This document shows, piece by piece, positions 8,662 to 20,191 of a stretch of 64,000 bases of DNA. How positions within the stretch are numbered: the first letter of the stretch is position 1; each line of letters begins with the position of its first letter. Source of the DNA: Bdellovibrionales bacterium (GTDB taxonomy: Bacteria; Bdellovibrionota; Bdellovibrionia; Bdellovibrionales; JAGQZY01); contig CBDCLX010000002.1 of NCBI GenBank assembly GCA_965218815.1, forward strand, positions 693,044-757,043, given 5' to 3'. The notes beneath the pieces were generated by a model. It ran no database searches and was not told the DNA's origin. It saw nothing but the letters and a program-made list of their open reading frames with translations. A program made the position numbers and the translations under genes.

Positions 8662-10599
8662 TCACTTTTTTAAAAAAAGACCAACCACGTCCTTGAGATT
8701 TCCTTTAAGCAACATGGAAACATCAATTTTTTTCTTCAGGTGACTCATTTCCCGACGGGCACTGATAAAACCGGGGTCTCTGTTAAGAGCTGCAAGAAAT
8801 TGTTTTCGGGCTTTTTCATGGTTGTTATTCAGTTTGTAATAAAGACCGCGGACATGATAATAGGCCGCCGAGTCTTTTGATTCGAGAGGGATCAGTTTCA
8901 GTTTTTTGTCAATATCGGCAATAAAGCCAGGGCTTGGGGTTTTTGTGGTTTTTATTTCTGTCCACAGACCGTAAATTTTAAATTCATATGATTCCGGGTT
9001 AAGGGCCATGGCCTGCTTCAGTTCTTTTTTGGCTTTGGAGTACTGACCTTTTGAAATGAAGGATTTGCTCAAATCAAACAACTGGTCGGCTTCTATGTAT
9101 TGTGCTGATTGTCTGATTTCTATTTCAGTTATATAGGTCTCTCTTGTGTCTTTTTTTCTTAAAGTGTTATAGGCTGTCTGTATTTTTGAAAAAACCTTTT
9201 TTGAAAGGTCTTTGATCTGATCGGGACTGGATTTATTCAGTTTATCAGGATGAAGCACTTTGGCCAGGTCAAGATAAGCTTTTTTGAGATCATTGTCTTT
9301 GGCACTTCGACTGACCCCAAGGCGTTGGAAATAATCCTTGTTTTGGAACTCCAGATTCAGTTTCTCAAGCCGTTTGATCTGATAATTCAAATTGAGAGAT
9401 TTTTGAGTATTTCTGAAAGAAATGTAACCCATGATATTCATAAAATGAATCAATTTAAGAATATGTTTTTCTATACTTGGGTTTTTTGTCAATATTTCCT
9501 CCAATGTGGCTCCTTTCTTTAAGAAAGGGGAGATGGAGGCATAGGTGCCGGATATGTGTGGTATATGTGGAAGGATGAGAGTTTTCTGTATTTCGTCCTT
9601 TGACTTTTCATTGATAACGAGGGTGTTTTGGCTGATAGGCAGATAATGGGTTTTCAGCCAGTTGGGATGGATGATATTTTCCATGGTTTCTATGAGGAAC
9701 CTGATGAACTCATTATTTTCGATGGTGATAATTGTGGTGATGGCCCGGGATTCCACAAAATTCAATTTCACCTGTGAATTTGTGATAAGTTGTTTGAGTC
9801 GCCAGATCAATTGATCTTTGAGCACTGTGGGTATGGCGTGAGGACTGATCAGGTTTTTTTCAACAAGGTAACGTCCGATCATTTTTTTTTCAGAATTGCT
9901 GGAAAGAGCTTCTTCCAGGCTGCTTCTGTCCAGATAACCTTTTTCAACCAGCAGGAGACCAAGAAGGGAATGTTTGCTTTTGATATCCACCCTGACAATA
10001 TCACCCAATGAGAACTCCACGTCGGCCATATCCCCACGGGAGGATGTGATCTTCAAATGGCCATAGGCTCTGGAGTCTGAAAGGAGTTTTAAAATCCAGG
10101 GAAGATCAAAGCTGTGTAATCCCTGGGATTCATTAATGATTTTTATAATTTCATTTTTGTTTATCGATCTTTCAAGATAAAGACGGGTCAGGGAATTGAA
10201 GCCATCTTCTTTTTCATCCACTCCACTGAGCAGAGACTTCAGTTTTTTAATGAGTTTCGTGGTATCAAAGGGTTTGACCAGAAAATCTGTAACTTTGGTG
10301 TTCCTGACAGATTCACTGATAAATTGCTTGTCTTTAAAGACTCCACTCATCAGAAACAGATAGGGTTCTTCTGTTATGACTTTTTGTATATCCCTGATGA
10401 GATTTAACCCATTGACTCCTGGAAGCAGACAGTCAATCAATAAAATATGAACGCTCTGAATTCTGGCATACTCCAGAGCCTCTCTTGAATTTTTAACCAG
10501 ATAGCAGCGAAACCCTGAGCGTGTGATTGCCTCCTTCAGGCTTTCACCAAAAGAGAGGTCATCATCTACAATAAGGACGTTATATTCCTGGTAACTCAC
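8662..10599 (-). CDS. response-regulator receiver + DUF4388-like + DnaJ (HPD) + TPR protein
   Basis: VLIVDDD...LIDCLLPGVNG...FLVKPF receiver; DYFQRLGV...LHPDK J-domain; C-terminal TPRs. Confidence 0.85.
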   Translation of the reverse strand: MSYQEYNVLIVDDDLSFGESLKEAITRSGFRCYLVKNSREALEYARIQSVHILLIDCLLPGVNGLNLIRDIQKVITEEPYLFLMSGVFKDKQFISESVRNTKVTDFLVKPFDTTKLIKKLKSLLSGVDEKEDGFNSLTRLYLERSINKNEIIKIINESQGLHSFDLPWILKLLSDSRAYGHLKITSSRGDMADVEFSLGDIVRVDIKSKHSLLGLLLVEKGYLDRSSLEEALSSNSEKKMIGRYLVEKNLISPHAIPTVLKDQLIWRLKQLITNSQVKLNFVESRAITTIITIENNEFIRFLIETMENIIHPNWLKTHYLPISQNTLVINEKSKDEIQKTLILPHIPHISGTYASISPFLKKGATLEEILTKNPSIEKHILKLIHFMNIMGYISFRNTQKSLNLNYQIKRLEKLNLEFQNKDYFQRLGVSRSAKDNDLKKAYLDLAKVLHPDKLNKSSPDQIKDLSKKVFSKIQTAYNTLRKKDTRETYITEIEIRQSAQYIEADQLFDLSKSFISKGQYSKAKKELKQAMALNPESYEFKIYGLWTEIKTTKTPSPGFIADIDKKLKLIPLESKDSAAYYHVRGLYYKLNNNHEKARKQFLAALNRDPGFISARREMSHLKKKIDVSMLLKGNLKDVVGLFLKK

Positions 10600-10606
10600 T
10601 GTTTCA

Positions 10607-10633
10607 CTATCGGCTTATTTGACCTTCTTCTTA
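10607..10633 (-). promoter_or_regulatory. sigma-28 (FliA)-type promoter
   Basis: TAAG-N15-GCCGATAG, 7 nt upstream of the GTG start. Confidence 0.65.
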
Positions 10634-10674
10634 AAGAATAATAGACAGGAAATGGCAAATAAAAGGAGGATTTT

Positions 10675-10995
10675 ATGAAGCCTGTTCACACGTCGGATAT
10701 GAATTTTAAGGAGGATGTCCTTAAGTCCAGTGTTCCTGTTTTGGTGGATTTTTGGGCTGAGTGGTGTGGCCCCTGCAAGGCTCTTGCTCCAAAATTGGAT
10801 GAAATTGCCAGGGAATATTCAGGCCGGTTGGTGGTTGCCAAGGTGGATATTGACAAAAACCAGGAGACTCCGGCCTCGTATGGGGTGCGTGGAATCCCGG
10901 CTCTTATTCTTTTTAAAGAGGGTCAACAGGTGGATCAGATCGTGGGGAATCATCCCATCGGGGATATTCAGTCTCTTATAGACCGGTATTTGTAA
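10675..10995 (+). CDS. trxA: thioredoxin
   Basis: DFWAEWCGPCK; AGGAGG RBS. Confidence 0.97.
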   Translation: MKPVHTSDMNFKEDVLKSSVPVLVDFWAEWCGPCKALAPKLDEIAREYSGRLVVAKVDIDKNQETPASYGVRGIPALILFKEGQQVDQIVGNHPIGDIQSLIDRYL

Positions 10996-11110
10996 GAGGA
11001 TTAATACACAGTCAGCCGCAGCAGAAAAAATTTAAAGAGAAATACGGGTTAGGCCCCGGGAAAACAGTATCTGTTGAGTCTTATGGGAAACTCAAATGAA
11101 ACAGGACTTT

Positions 11111-11596
11111 TTACCTGACATAAGTGTACTTGTAAATGACTCCATTATTGGAATCAGGAGAGCAGGTGACTGTCAGGATGTTTTCGTCATCGGAGAGATA
11201 ACCCTCAAACACAAATGCATTCAGACTCATTGTCTCATAACTGTCCGGACAGTGTAAAGTTGCCACTGTACAGTTGCGAGGATTGCCCTCCACACTATAA
11301 CCCTCAAAAAGCATACCGTCTGTGGTCCACCGGATATTATAGATTAAGGTGATTTTACAATTAGGATCAGACAGGGTTCGGGTCATTGCCGGAGCGGAAT
11401 CATTGATAACAAGGCTCTCATTTCCTAAAATATCTAGCCTCTCCCATGGACTGTCTTCAGGTTGTTTTTGTTTCTTTTTAAGAGCTGAAAGACTCCAGTT
11501 GGTTTCATTGTCTGATGATGCAGTGGTATTTCCTTTGTCCTTACTGCAACCGATGAACAAAAAAAGCGTTAAAAAGCCAATTCCTATTCTAAGCAT
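11111..11596 (-). CDS. hypothetical lipoprotein
   Basis: MLRIGIGFLTLFLFIGC lipobox-like signal; GGGGGAG RBS. Confidence 0.7.
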   Translation of the reverse strand: MLRIGIGFLTLFLFIGCSKDKGNTTASSDNETNWSLSALKKKQKQPEDSPWERLDILGNESLVINDSAPAMTRTLSDPNCKITLIYNIRWTTDGMLFEGYSVEGNPRNCTVATLHCPDSYETMSLNAFVFEGYLSDDENILTVTCSPDSNNGVIYKYTYVR

Positions 11597-11626
11597 CTGA
11601 CTCCCCCTTGTGAGGTTCAATTGTAG

Positions 11627-11653
11627 TATTCGGAGAATAAGAGGGAAGACTTA
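11627..11653 (-). promoter_or_regulatory. sigma-28 (FliA)-type promoter
   Basis: TAAG-N15-TCCGAATA upstream of the lipoprotein gene. Confidence 0.55.
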
Positions 11654-11746
11654 ACAGACTATGGTCTGGACCTGCTGTTCCATGGACTTTTATCTTACAC
11701 AATAAAAAACTCCGGTTAAACTCTCTAAAGTGGGAAAGAACGTCTA

Positions 11747-12229
11747 TTGACCTGGAGTATTGTGGAGTTTGAATATCCTTTTTTTTCAGGCTGTCTCAAA
11801 GTGGTTTACAGTGACAAAGGAGTGACTGGGATCCGTTTTCAGAAAAAAAAGCCTTTCAATCAAAAAAGATGGGTTCATCCCATAACCAAAAAAACAGTGA
11901 GAGAGATAAATCATTATCTGAAAGGCCGGAGTCAGTCCCTTGAAATCAGCATTGACTGGAAAAACCTTGGAGGAACAGTTTTTCAGAAACGGATTTGGAG
12001 GAAAATAAAACAAATTCCGTACGGTCAGGTCAAAACCTACTCTGAGATTGCCAGGTCCATAAAAAATCCGGGAGCTTCCCGGGCTGTGGGAACAGCCTGT
12101 GCCAAAAACCCTCTGCTGCTGGTCATCCCCTGTCATCGGGTGGTGGGGACAGGAGACCTTGGGGGGTTTAGTGGCGGTGGATTGAATATCAAAAGGAAAC
12201 TTCACACTCTTGAAGGAATCCAATTGTGA
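11747..12229 (+). CDS. ogt: methylated-DNA-protein-cysteine methyltransferase
   Basis: IPYGQVKTY, SRAVGTAC, IPCHRV active site. Confidence 0.93.
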   Translation: MTWSIVEFEYPFFSGCLKVVYSDKGVTGIRFQKKKPFNQKRWVHPITKKTVREINHYLKGRSQSLEISIDWKNLGGTVFQKRIWRKIKQIPYGQVKTYSEIARSIKNPGASRAVGTACAKNPLLLVIPCHRVVGTGDLGGFSGGGLNIKRKLHTLEGIQL

Positions 12230-12304
12230 AAAGGTTCCACAGGTCTTATTCACAATTGGCAGAAGTGATCAAACAAAACCCCCTCTTTTAAGGTATTCAT
12301 ATTC

Positions 12305-12342
12305 CAAAAAATACGGGGAGAACCCTTTGGTTCTCCCCGTAT
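12305..12342 (-). terminator. rho-independent terminator of rnpB
   Basis: ATACGGGGAGAACC-cttt-GGTTCTCCCCGTAT hairpin followed by a T-run on the minus strand. Confidence 0.8.
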
Positions 12343-12668
12343 GGATCAACGATAAGCCGGGTTCTGTCGAGGGCTATCATTCATCTGAGACCTGGGTCAC
12401 CCAAGGTCTTTAGCGATCAACCCGGAAGCTTCATGGAGTCACATTCAAACGCTTCCCTATTTGATCTTGCTTCACGCAGAGTTTAGCTGATTTCACTCCA
12501 GCAACTCCCCTTAAACCTCCCGTGCCCGGTCCAAGGATCCATGCTCTGGACATTCTTTCTGTTCCACTGGTCCTCACCTTACGGTGGAGGGGTGTTACCC
12601 CTTGCACGACCTACGAAGCCCGGACTTTCCTCACCCAAAAAGACGGGTGCGATAGCCTGTCGATCCAT
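12341..12668 (-). ncRNA. rnpB: RNase P RNA (type A)
   Basis: GAGGAAAGTCCGGGC near the 5' end, ACAGAACCCGGCTTATC near the 3' end, terminal P1 pairing; TTGACA-N18-TATAAG promoter upstream. Confidence 0.95.
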
Positions 12669-12755
12669 AATCACTTATAACTTGTTTTTAACCCTTTTGT
12701 CAAACCGGATCAGTATAGCTTGTATTTTTTCAGAGTTTTGGTTAGTAAGGGGCAA

Positions 12756-15545
12756 ATGATAGCGAAGAATCCATTTATTTTATTTTTTCTTCCACTGGTG
12801 ATTGTTTCCTGTCAGTGTAATGATTTTTCCCTTTTTAAAAAAGACAAGGCCCCTTTATGGAAAAACCGGATGCCACAGACAGCAGATCCAAAGCCTTTTC
12901 CCATGGACTCAACACCTCTGATTATCAAAAATGCCAAAGTCATGACAGCCAGCGGGAAAATTTATCCAAAAGCCTCTGTTTTTCTGGAAAAAGGACTTAT
13001 TAAAAAAGTTTCTGAAGGGAAAACAGAGGTTCCCCCTGAGACTTTGGTTATTGACGGAAGTGGGATGGTGGTGACTCCCGGATTGATTGATGTCCACTCC
13101 CACATGGGGGTTTATTCCTCTCCTCATATCAAGGCCCACTCCGACGGCAATGAAGTGACCCGACCTGTGACAGCAGACATCTGGGCTGAACATGGTTTCT
13201 GGCCCCAGGACCCCAGTCTGTGGAGGGCCCTTGCCGGAGGTGTCACAACCATTCAGGTTTTACCCGGTTCGGCCAACCTGATTGGTGGGAGAAGTTTCAC
13301 GGCCAAATTGATTCCCAGGCTCAGTGCCCGTGAGATGAGATTTCCAGGGGCTCCCCAGGGTTTAAAGATGGCCTGTGGAGAGAATCCCAAAAGAGTTTAT
13401 GGAGAAAAGGGAGGACCGTCCACAAGAATGGGAGTGATTGCCGGTTTCAGGGCGGCTTTTCAAAAAGCCATTGAGTACAATCGCAAGTGGGCAGACCGGG
13501 GTTTACTGGATGAAAAAGGTCAATGGAAGCCAAAAAACAAGAAAAAGCCTGAAATGCCGGATAGGGACTTTGTCTCTGAAACTCTCTCTGAAGTGCTGAA
13601 AGGCAATATTCTTGTTCACATCCATTGTTACAGGGCCGATGATCTTAGTGCCATGCTCGATCTGGCAAAAGAGTTTGATTTTAAGATACGAAGTTTTCAG
13701 CATGGTCTTGAGGCCTATAAAATTCGTCATCGTCTTGCAAAAGAGGAGGTGGCCGTGGCCTCCTGGGCTGATTGGTGGGGTTTTAAGGCTGAAGCTTTTG
13801 ATGGGATCCCCCAAGGACTGGCTCTTCTGGCTGACGCAGGGGCAAGGGCCATTGTCCACTCTGACTCGGAAATTGATGTTCAATACCTTAATGTGGAGGC
13901 TGGAAAGGCCATGGTTGCAGGAAGAAAAATCGGTCTTCAAATCACCGAGGATCAGGCCCTTCAGTGGGTGACAAAAAATCCGGCCTGGGCCCTGGGAATT
14001 GACGATAAAGTGGGAACCATTGAAGAGGGAAAAATGGCGGACCTTGTTGTCTGGGATGGTCATCCTTTTTCGATTTATACAAAAACCCGATTTGTTGTTA
14101 TCAATGGAAAAATTGTTTTTGATCGTCACAAAAAAACAGGGATCAAAAGTGACTTTGAAGTGGGGCAGAATGATTCCCAACTCTTTGACGGAAGGGAGTT
14201 TGGAAAAACCGTGACCCCAATGGATCTCAAATATCCTGACCCCAATGAGAGGGAAGAATCCGAATTCCATCCCACAGGTCAGTCCTTTATTGTGAAGAAT
14301 GTGAATTATCTTCAGCCTTCAGGGAAGTGGCAGTATGGTTCTGTAAAAGTCAGCAGGGGGCTTGTCACTGCTGTTCTTTCGGAAAAGCCTGAAAATTCAG
14401 GTGAGGACTCTTCAGGGAGTTCAGAAAATTCCGGTTCAGGAGACCTGAAAGTTTCTGAAAAGAGTATGGATCTTGTTGATGGCAAAGGCCGGTTTCTCAC
14501 CCCCGGGCTGATTGATCCTGTCACTCAGCTTGGGCTTATGGAAATCAGTCTGGAATCATCAACCTATGACTACTTCACGGAAGTGACAGAAGCCACTCCT
14601 GACAATCGGGTGATGGACGCACTGAACCTGAGATCCCTGAGAATTCCCATTGCCAGGCAGGGGGGAATCACCACGGTGATAGCCAGACCTGTTGGACACC
14701 TTATCAGTGGGATGGGGGTTGGCTTTGATCTTCATGAAAAGAGTCAGTATATGGATCCCCGGGTGGCCATGTTCGGTCAGATTGGAAAATTCCATAACTT
14801 TATGACTGACCAGAAACTCAGTAGTCGCAGTATGCAATGGAGGGATCTGAGAAAGATTGTGGACGATGTTCTCTCTTTTTCCAAAGATCCGGTTTCCTAC
14901 GAGAAGGGAAATTCAAGAAAGTATTTTCTGTCCAAAGGGGATATGAAAGCCATGCTTCCTGTTTTGAAGGGTAAAATCCCCTGGGTTATAAGGGTCAATC
15001 GGGCCAGTGATATTAAAACTCTTATCCGGTTTAAGGAAGAACTGAACAAGTCAGGTTTAAGGCCAAAACTTGTTATTGAAGAAGCCGTGGAGGCGGTTCT
15101 GGTGGCCTCCTCATTGAAAGAACATGGAATCCCCGTCATTCTGCAACCAAGCTGGATGACCAATCAGGGTTTTGATGCCCTTAATGCCAGGTTTGATACG
15201 GCGGCTGTTCTTTCTGAAAAGGGAGTGAAAGTGATGTTTAGCTCTCTTCTCTTCGGAGGATTTATAGGATACATCACCCGGTTGAGACAGGAGGCCGGGA
15301 TTGCTGTCAAGTACGGGATGTCAGTGGACAAAGCCCTTCAGGCCATCACCCAAACCCCTGCACAGGTCTTTGGGATCCCTGACGGGCGGGGAAAACTTAT
15401 GACTGGAGTCACAGCCAATCTTGTCCTGTGGTCCGGGGATCCTCTGGAACCCACAAGTTGGGTTGAAAAATTGTGGATCAATGGTCATGATATAAAATTG
15501 GAAGATCGTCAAAGCCTGCTGGCTGAAAAGTATAAATCTCTGTAG
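12756..15545 (+). CDS. two-domain amidohydrolase fusion (lipoprotein)
   Basis: Domain 1 has PGLIDVHSH, KMACGENP, HIHCY, HSDS. Domain 2 has PGLIDPVTQ with the metal His lost. IVSC lipobox. Confidence 0.85.
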   Translation: MIAKNPFILFFLPLVIVSCQCNDFSLFKKDKAPLWKNRMPQTADPKPFPMDSTPLIIKNAKVMTASGKIYPKASVFLEKGLIKKVSEGKTEVPPETLVIDGSGMVVTPGLIDVHSHMGVYSSPHIKAHSDGNEVTRPVTADIWAEHGFWPQDPSLWRALAGGVTTIQVLPGSANLIGGRSFTAKLIPRLSAREMRFPGAPQGLKMACGENPKRVYGEKGGPSTRMGVIAGFRAAFQKAIEYNRKWADRGLLDEKGQWKPKNKKKPEMPDRDFVSETLSEVLKGNILVHIHCYRADDLSAMLDLAKEFDFKIRSFQHGLEAYKIRHRLAKEEVAVASWADWWGFKAEAFDGIPQGLALLADAGARAIVHSDSEIDVQYLNVEAGKAMVAGRKIGLQITEDQALQWVTKNPAWALGIDDKVGTIEEGKMADLVVWDGHPFSIYTKTRFVVINGKIVFDRHKKTGIKSDFEVGQNDSQLFDGREFGKTVTPMDLKYPDPNEREESEFHPTGQSFIVKNVNYLQPSGKWQYGSVKVSRGLVTAVLSEKPENSGEDSSGSSENSGSGDLKVSEKSMDLVDGKGRFLTPGLIDPVTQLGLMEISLESSTYDYFTEVTEATPDNRVMDALNLRSLRIPIARQGGITTVIARPVGHLISGMGVGFDLHEKSQYMDPRVAMFGQIGKFHNFMTDQKLSSRSMQWRDLRKIVDDVLSFSKDPVSYEKGNSRKYFLSKGDMKAMLPVLKGKIPWVIRVNRASDIKTLIRFKEELNKSGLRPKLVIEEAVEAVLVASSLKEHGIPVILQPSWMTNQGFDALNARFDTAAVLSEKGVKVMFSSLLFGGFIGYITRLRQEAGIAVKYGMSVDKALQAITQTPAQVFGIPDGRGKLMTGVTANLVLWSGDPLEPTSWVEKLWINGHDIKLEDRQSLLAEKYKSL

Positions 15546-15692
15546 TACAAGACAAGTTCAGGTTAGGATAAAAACCCATTGACCCATGATTTCTGGCACA
15601 TCCAGTCATTTTCTTTTGGAAAAGTTCAGTCTTGTCCATTTTATTGATTTATTGACAGAGAACAGGACTTTGGTTCATTGTGATTCAAAAAA

Positions 15693-16865
15693 ATGGGAGT
15701 GTTCATGAAAAATTATCTTTTCACCAGTGAATCTGTTTCAGAAGGTCATCCCGATAAAATGGCTGACCAGATCAGCGATGGTATTCTTGATGCCATTCTT
15801 GGGAAGGACCCTTCGGGGCGGGTGGCTGCAGAAACAATGGTTACAACTGGAATGGTGGTGGTTGCCGGGGAAATTTCCACACAATGTTATGTTGAAATCC
15901 CTGAAATTGTCAGGGAGGTCATTAAAGATATTGGTTACGATGATACTATCAACACAGGGTTTGATTATAAAACCTGTGCTGTTTTGACTTCCATTGACCA
16001 GCAAAGCCAGGATATTGCCATGGGTGTCAATAAGAGTGACAGTAAAGAGCAGGGGGCAGGGGATCAGGGTTTGATGTTTGGTTATGCCGTCAATGAGACT
16101 CCAGAGATGATGCCGCTAACCATTTCCCTTTCCCATAAACTTGTCAAAACCCTGGCTGATAAGCGTAAGCAGAAAATTGTTGATTACCTTGGTCCTGACA
16201 GCAAGTCTCAGGTGACTTTTCAGTATGTGGAGGGGAAACCCACCCGTGTTGATTCAGTGGTGATCTCCACTCAGCATCATTCCAGAGCCAGTCAGAACCA
16301 GATTCGTGAATTTGTGGTGGAGGAAGTTATTAAAGAAGTCATTGATAAAAAATGGATGGATCAGAAAACCCGGTTTTTTGTTAATCCCACGGGTCGTTTC
16401 ATTATTGGTGGCCCTCAGGGGGATTGCGGATTGACAGGCCGTAAGGTGATTGTGGACTCCTATGGAGGACATGGAGCCCATGGTGGGGGGGCTTTTTCAG
16501 GGAAAGACCCCTCCAAAGTGGATCGCTCAGCAGCTTATGCAGCTCGTCATATAGCAAAAAATATTGTGGCCTCCGGTCTGGCCCGTCGTTGTCTGGTTCA
16601 GTTGGCTTATGCCATTGGAGTGGCCGAGCCTGTCAGTGTTATGGTGGACAATTATGGAACAGGTCAGGTCAGTGGAGAAAAACTGTCCCAGGCTGTTTCC
16701 ACACTCTGGGGACTGAAACCTTCACAAATTGTCAAAGAGTTTGATCTTCTTAAACCCCGTTACCGTCCTACGGCAACTTACGGTCATTTTGGCAGGGAAG
16801 AAGAGACATTCACCTGGGAGAGGTTGGACAAAGTGGATGCTCTTAAGTCCTATTTTAAAATTTAA
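15693..16865 (+). CDS. metK: S-adenosylmethionine synthetase
   Basis: [28 protein letters not shown]. Confidence 0.98.
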   Translation: MGVFMKNYLFTSESVSEGHPDKMADQISDGILDAILGKDPSGRVAAETMVTTGMVVVAGEISTQCYVEIPEIVREVIKDIGYDDTINTGFDYKTCAVLTSIDQQSQDIAMGVNKSDSKEQGAGDQGLMFGYAVNETPEMMPLTISLSHKLVKTLADKRKQKIVDYLGPDSKSQVTFQYVEGKPTRVDSVVISTQHHSRASQNQIREFVVEEVIKEVIDKKWMDQKTRFFVNPTGRFIIGGPQGDCGLTGRKVIVDSYGGHGAHGGGAFSGKDPSKVDRSAAYAARHIAKNIVASGLARRCLVQLAYAIGVAEPVSVMVDNYGTGQVSGEKLSQAVSTLWGLKPSQIVKEFDLLKPRYRPTATYGHFGREEETFTWERLDKVDALKSYFKI

Positions 16866-16871
16866 AACCTT

Positions 16872-18671
16872 ATGGAAGTCTCTCGCATTCGCAACTTTTC
16901 CATCATTGCCCATATTGACCATGGAAAGTCCACCCTTGCCGATTGTCTGATCCAAAGCACAGGGGCTTTGAGCGATCGTGAAATGAAAGAACAGGTTCTG
17001 GATTCCATGGATATTGAAAGGGAGCGGGGAATCACTATCAAAGCCCAGACGGTGCGTCTCCACTATAAAGCCTCTGATGGCAGGTCCTATCAACTCAATC
17101 TGATTGATACTCCAGGCCATGTGGATTTCAGTTATGAGGTGTCCCGATCTCTGGCAGCCTGTGAAGGGGCTGTGCTGGTGGTGGATGCGGCCCAGGGAGT
17201 GGAAGCCCAAACCCTTGCCAATGTTTATCTGGCCCTTGATAATAATCTGGAAATTTTACCGGTTTTAAACAAGATTGATCTGCCGGCGGCTGATCCGGAG
17301 GCTGTGATGCGACAAATTGAAGATGGCATTGGCATTGACTGTCGTCAGGTGGTCCTCGCCAGTGCCAAAGAAAAAAAAGGCATTGATAAAATTCTTGAAC
17401 AGGTGGTGCAAAAAATTCCGGCCCCCAAAGGGGATCCCAACAAACCATTAAGGGCTCTTATCTTTGACTCCTGGTTTGATAGTTACCAGGGGGTGGTGGT
17501 TTTGTGTCGTGTGATGGATGGTTTGGTTAAAAAATCTGATAGGATCAGGTTCATGTCTTCTGATGCCAGCTACGATGTTTTAAAACTGGGATACTTCACA
17601 CCCCAACCTTTTACAGTGAACACTATCCATGCCGGAGAGGTGGGCTTTTTTATTTGTGGTATCAAGAGCATCCGGGATGTTACTGTGGGGGACACCATCA
17701 CCCATGCAAAACAGGACAATGTGGAACCTCTGCCTGGTTTTCGGAAAGTCAAACCCATGGTTTTTGCGGGTCTCTTCACGGTGGAATCACCTGATTTCAA
17801 GGAACTGGAAGTGGCTTTGGAAAAACTGGCTCTTAATGATTCCAGTTTCAGTTATGAAGTGGAAACTTCTGCAGCTCTGGGTTTTGGTTTCCGTTGTGGC
17901 TTTCTGGGTCTTCTTCATATGGAAATTGTGCAGGAACGTCTGGAGCGGGAATTCGATCTCAATCTGATCACCACAGCCCCCACCGTTGTTTATAAAGTTT
18001 GTGATAAGAAAGGAAAATTTACAGAACTGGAAAATCCAGCCAGACTTCCTGACCTGACTGAAATTGACCATATTGAGGAGCCTGTTGTGAAAATAACCAT
18101 TCACACCCCTTCAGAGGGTATCGGTGGAATTTTAAAACTCTGTGAATCAAGACGTGGAATTCAGACAGGAATAGATTATATTTCAGAGACGAAAGTCATT
18201 ATTCAATACAATCTTCCCATGAGTGAAATGGTGATAGATTTTTATGACAGGTTGAAAACCATTTCCCGTGGTTATGCCTCCATGGAGTATGAATTGACAA
18301 GATATGAAAGTGCTGACCTGGTAAAACTGGATATTCTTATTAATGGTGATCCGGTGGATGCCCTTTCGGTAATCACCCACCAAAGCCAGGCGGTTTATAA
18401 GGGACGGTCTCTCTGTAAAAAGATGAAGGAACTTATACCGAGACAACAATTCCCGGTGGCCATTCAGGCAGCCATTGGTTCAAAAATTGTGGCCCGTGAG
18501 AATGTCAGTGCCCTGAGAAAAGATGTGACTGCGAAATGCTATGGAGGGGATATCACCCGTAAACGCAAACTTCTTGAAAAGCAAAAGGCGGGCAAGAAAC
18601 GGATGAAACAAATTGGAACAGTAGAGGTTCCCCAGGAGGCTTTTCTGGCTATTCTGAAAGTGGAGGATTAA
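16872..18671 (+). CDS. lepA: elongation factor 4
   Basis: [32 protein letters not shown]. Confidence 0.98.
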   Translation: MEVSRIRNFSIIAHIDHGKSTLADCLIQSTGALSDREMKEQVLDSMDIERERGITIKAQTVRLHYKASDGRSYQLNLIDTPGHVDFSYEVSRSLAACEGAVLVVDAAQGVEAQTLANVYLALDNNLEILPVLNKIDLPAADPEAVMRQIEDGIGIDCRQVVLASAKEKKGIDKILEQVVQKIPAPKGDPNKPLRALIFDSWFDSYQGVVVLCRVMDGLVKKSDRIRFMSSDASYDVLKLGYFTPQPFTVNTIHAGEVGFFICGIKSIRDVTVGDTITHAKQDNVEPLPGFRKVKPMVFAGLFTVESPDFKELEVALEKLALNDSSFSYEVETSAALGFGFRCGFLGLLHMEIVQERLEREFDLNLITTAPTVVYKVCDKKGKFTELENPARLPDLTEIDHIEEPVVKITIHTPSEGIGGILKLCESRRGIQTGIDYISETKVIIQYNLPMSEMVIDFYDRLKTISRGYASMEYELTRYESADLVKLDILINGDPVDALSVITHQSQAVYKGRSLCKKMKELIPRQQFPVAIQAAIGSKIVARENVSALRKDVTAKCYGGDITRKRKLLEKQKAGKKRMKQIGTVEVPQEAFLAILKVED

Positions 18672-18674
18672 ATC

Positions 18675-19415
18675 ATGTTAAACAAACGATTCTGGACTCA
18701 TGGAGCAGGTTCTTATATGCTGGCCATTGGAGTGGCTTTGTTCATCCGGTGGGCTTTTATGGAGGCCTATGTGATTCCCTCTCAAAGTATGCTTCCCTCT
18801 TTACTCATTCACGACCATATTTTTGTTAACAAGTCAGTCTATGGGGTTCGCTTTCCCTTTAGTGAGAAGTGGTTGATGGAATTTGGGAAACCAAAAAGAG
18901 GAGAGGTTATTGTTTTCAAATATCCAAAGGATATGAGTACTTTTTACATCAAAAGAGTGGTGGGTGTTCCAGGTGACAAGATTTATTACGAAGACGGAAG
19001 ACTTTTTATCAATGATAAAAAGGTGATAAAAACATCTGCTCAGGATGAAGGGGTCTTTTCTTATGTCAGGGATGTGGACCTGCAAAGTGGCCTTAGACCT
19101 TATGAATCCAAAGCCGATTTTGAACATTATATTGAAGATATTGACGGACAGAAACATCATATTCTTCTGCGTAAAGGGGAATATATGGGAGATTTTTATG
19201 GACCTGTTTATATCCCGGAGGGACAGATCTTTGTGATGGGAGATAACCGGGATCGTTCTTCTGACTCAAGAAAGTGGGGTTTTGTTCCACACGAGTATAT
19301 TCTTGGCCGGGCCATGTTTGTATGGTTATCCTGTGAGGAAACCCTTCCCATAGTGACTTTTCTCTGTAATCCCTTCACCATTCGTTTCACCCGGTTTTTT
19401 CACCAGGTTCATTAG
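18675..19415 (+). CDS. lepB: signal peptidase I
   Basis: IPSQSM (Ser), YIKRVVG (Lys), GDNRDRSSDSR. Confidence 0.93.
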   Translation: MLNKRFWTHGAGSYMLAIGVALFIRWAFMEAYVIPSQSMLPSLLIHDHIFVNKSVYGVRFPFSEKWLMEFGKPKRGEVIVFKYPKDMSTFYIKRVVGVPGDKIYYEDGRLFINDKKVIKTSAQDEGVFSYVRDVDLQSGLRPYESKADFEHYIEDIDGQKHHILLRKGEYMGDFYGPVYIPEGQIFVMGDNRDRSSDSRKWGFVPHEYILGRAMFVWLSCEETLPIVTFLCNPFTIRFTRFFHQVH

Positions 19416-20177
19416 ATGAACTGTTTTCAATTTGGATCTGAAATAACTCGGGTTTCCGGTTTTTTCAGAAAGGCCATTTTCTTTGGGAGTAAAAACCGTC
19501 AGAATAAAAAAGGGAGGTGGAATGATGTTTTTTCCTCCTTTTTTCTGTTGGTTTTTTTGTGTTTAAGTGTTCGCTGGCTTTGTTTTGAGCCTTTTGTTAT
19601 TCCTTCAGGAAGTATGGAGCAGACCCTTTTGGTGAGAGACTATGTTCTCGTAAAGAAATGGGCTTATGGCCTTCGGCTGCCTTTTAGTGAGACATGGATT
19701 TTTGGACCATGGACTCCAAAACGGGGGGACATTGCTGTTTTCAGGGACAAGGACCTGTCAGGCCGTTTTATTGTTAAAAGAGTCATTGGTCTTCCAGGAG
19801 ATCGGGTATCCATGGATGAAAAAGGTGTTGTTTCCATCAATGGTCATCCCTTTGAATATCAGATTGTGGAAACCGGGGATGAGGATGTTTTGGCCATGAC
19901 TGAAAGCAATGGTCAGAAATCTTACAGAGTTCAGTATCTGTCTGATGTTGAACAGAACTCTTTTGAATTTCATGTACCAAAAAATGAAATATTTATGATG
20001 GGTGATAACCGGAATCAGTCTTCCGACAGTCGTTATTGGGGCGGGTTGCCCATGGAGAGGCTTGTGGGAAAATTGTTTTTGATCTGGTTAAGTTGCAGGG
20101 AGTCTGAGGTGGATTCAGAATTTCTTTGTCCTCCCGGGGATTTTCGGGTGGAACGGCTGTTTCGGTGGGTTCAATAG
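19416..20177 (+). CDS. lepB: signal peptidase I, second copy
   Basis: IPSGSM, IVKRVIG, GDNRNQSSDSR. Confidence 0.9.
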   Translation: MNCFQFGSEITRVSGFFRKAIFFGSKNRQNKKGRWNDVFSSFFLLVFLCLSVRWLCFEPFVIPSGSMEQTLLVRDYVLVKKWAYGLRLPFSETWIFGPWTPKRGDIAVFRDKDLSGRFIVKRVIGLPGDRVSMDEKGVVSINGHPFEYQIVETGDEDVLAMTESNGQKSYRVQYLSDVEQNSFEFHVPKNEIFMMGDNRNQSSDSRYWGGLPMERLVGKLFLIWLSCRESEVDSEFLCPPGDFRVERLFRWVQ

Positions 20178-20191
20178 AGGGTGAATTAAGG

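Noticed and set aside
8253-8696. 147-aa plus-strand ORF, also considered as a small ribosomal protein
   Set aside because: It overlaps kdsA and the SRP-like RNA antisense, with no protein motif
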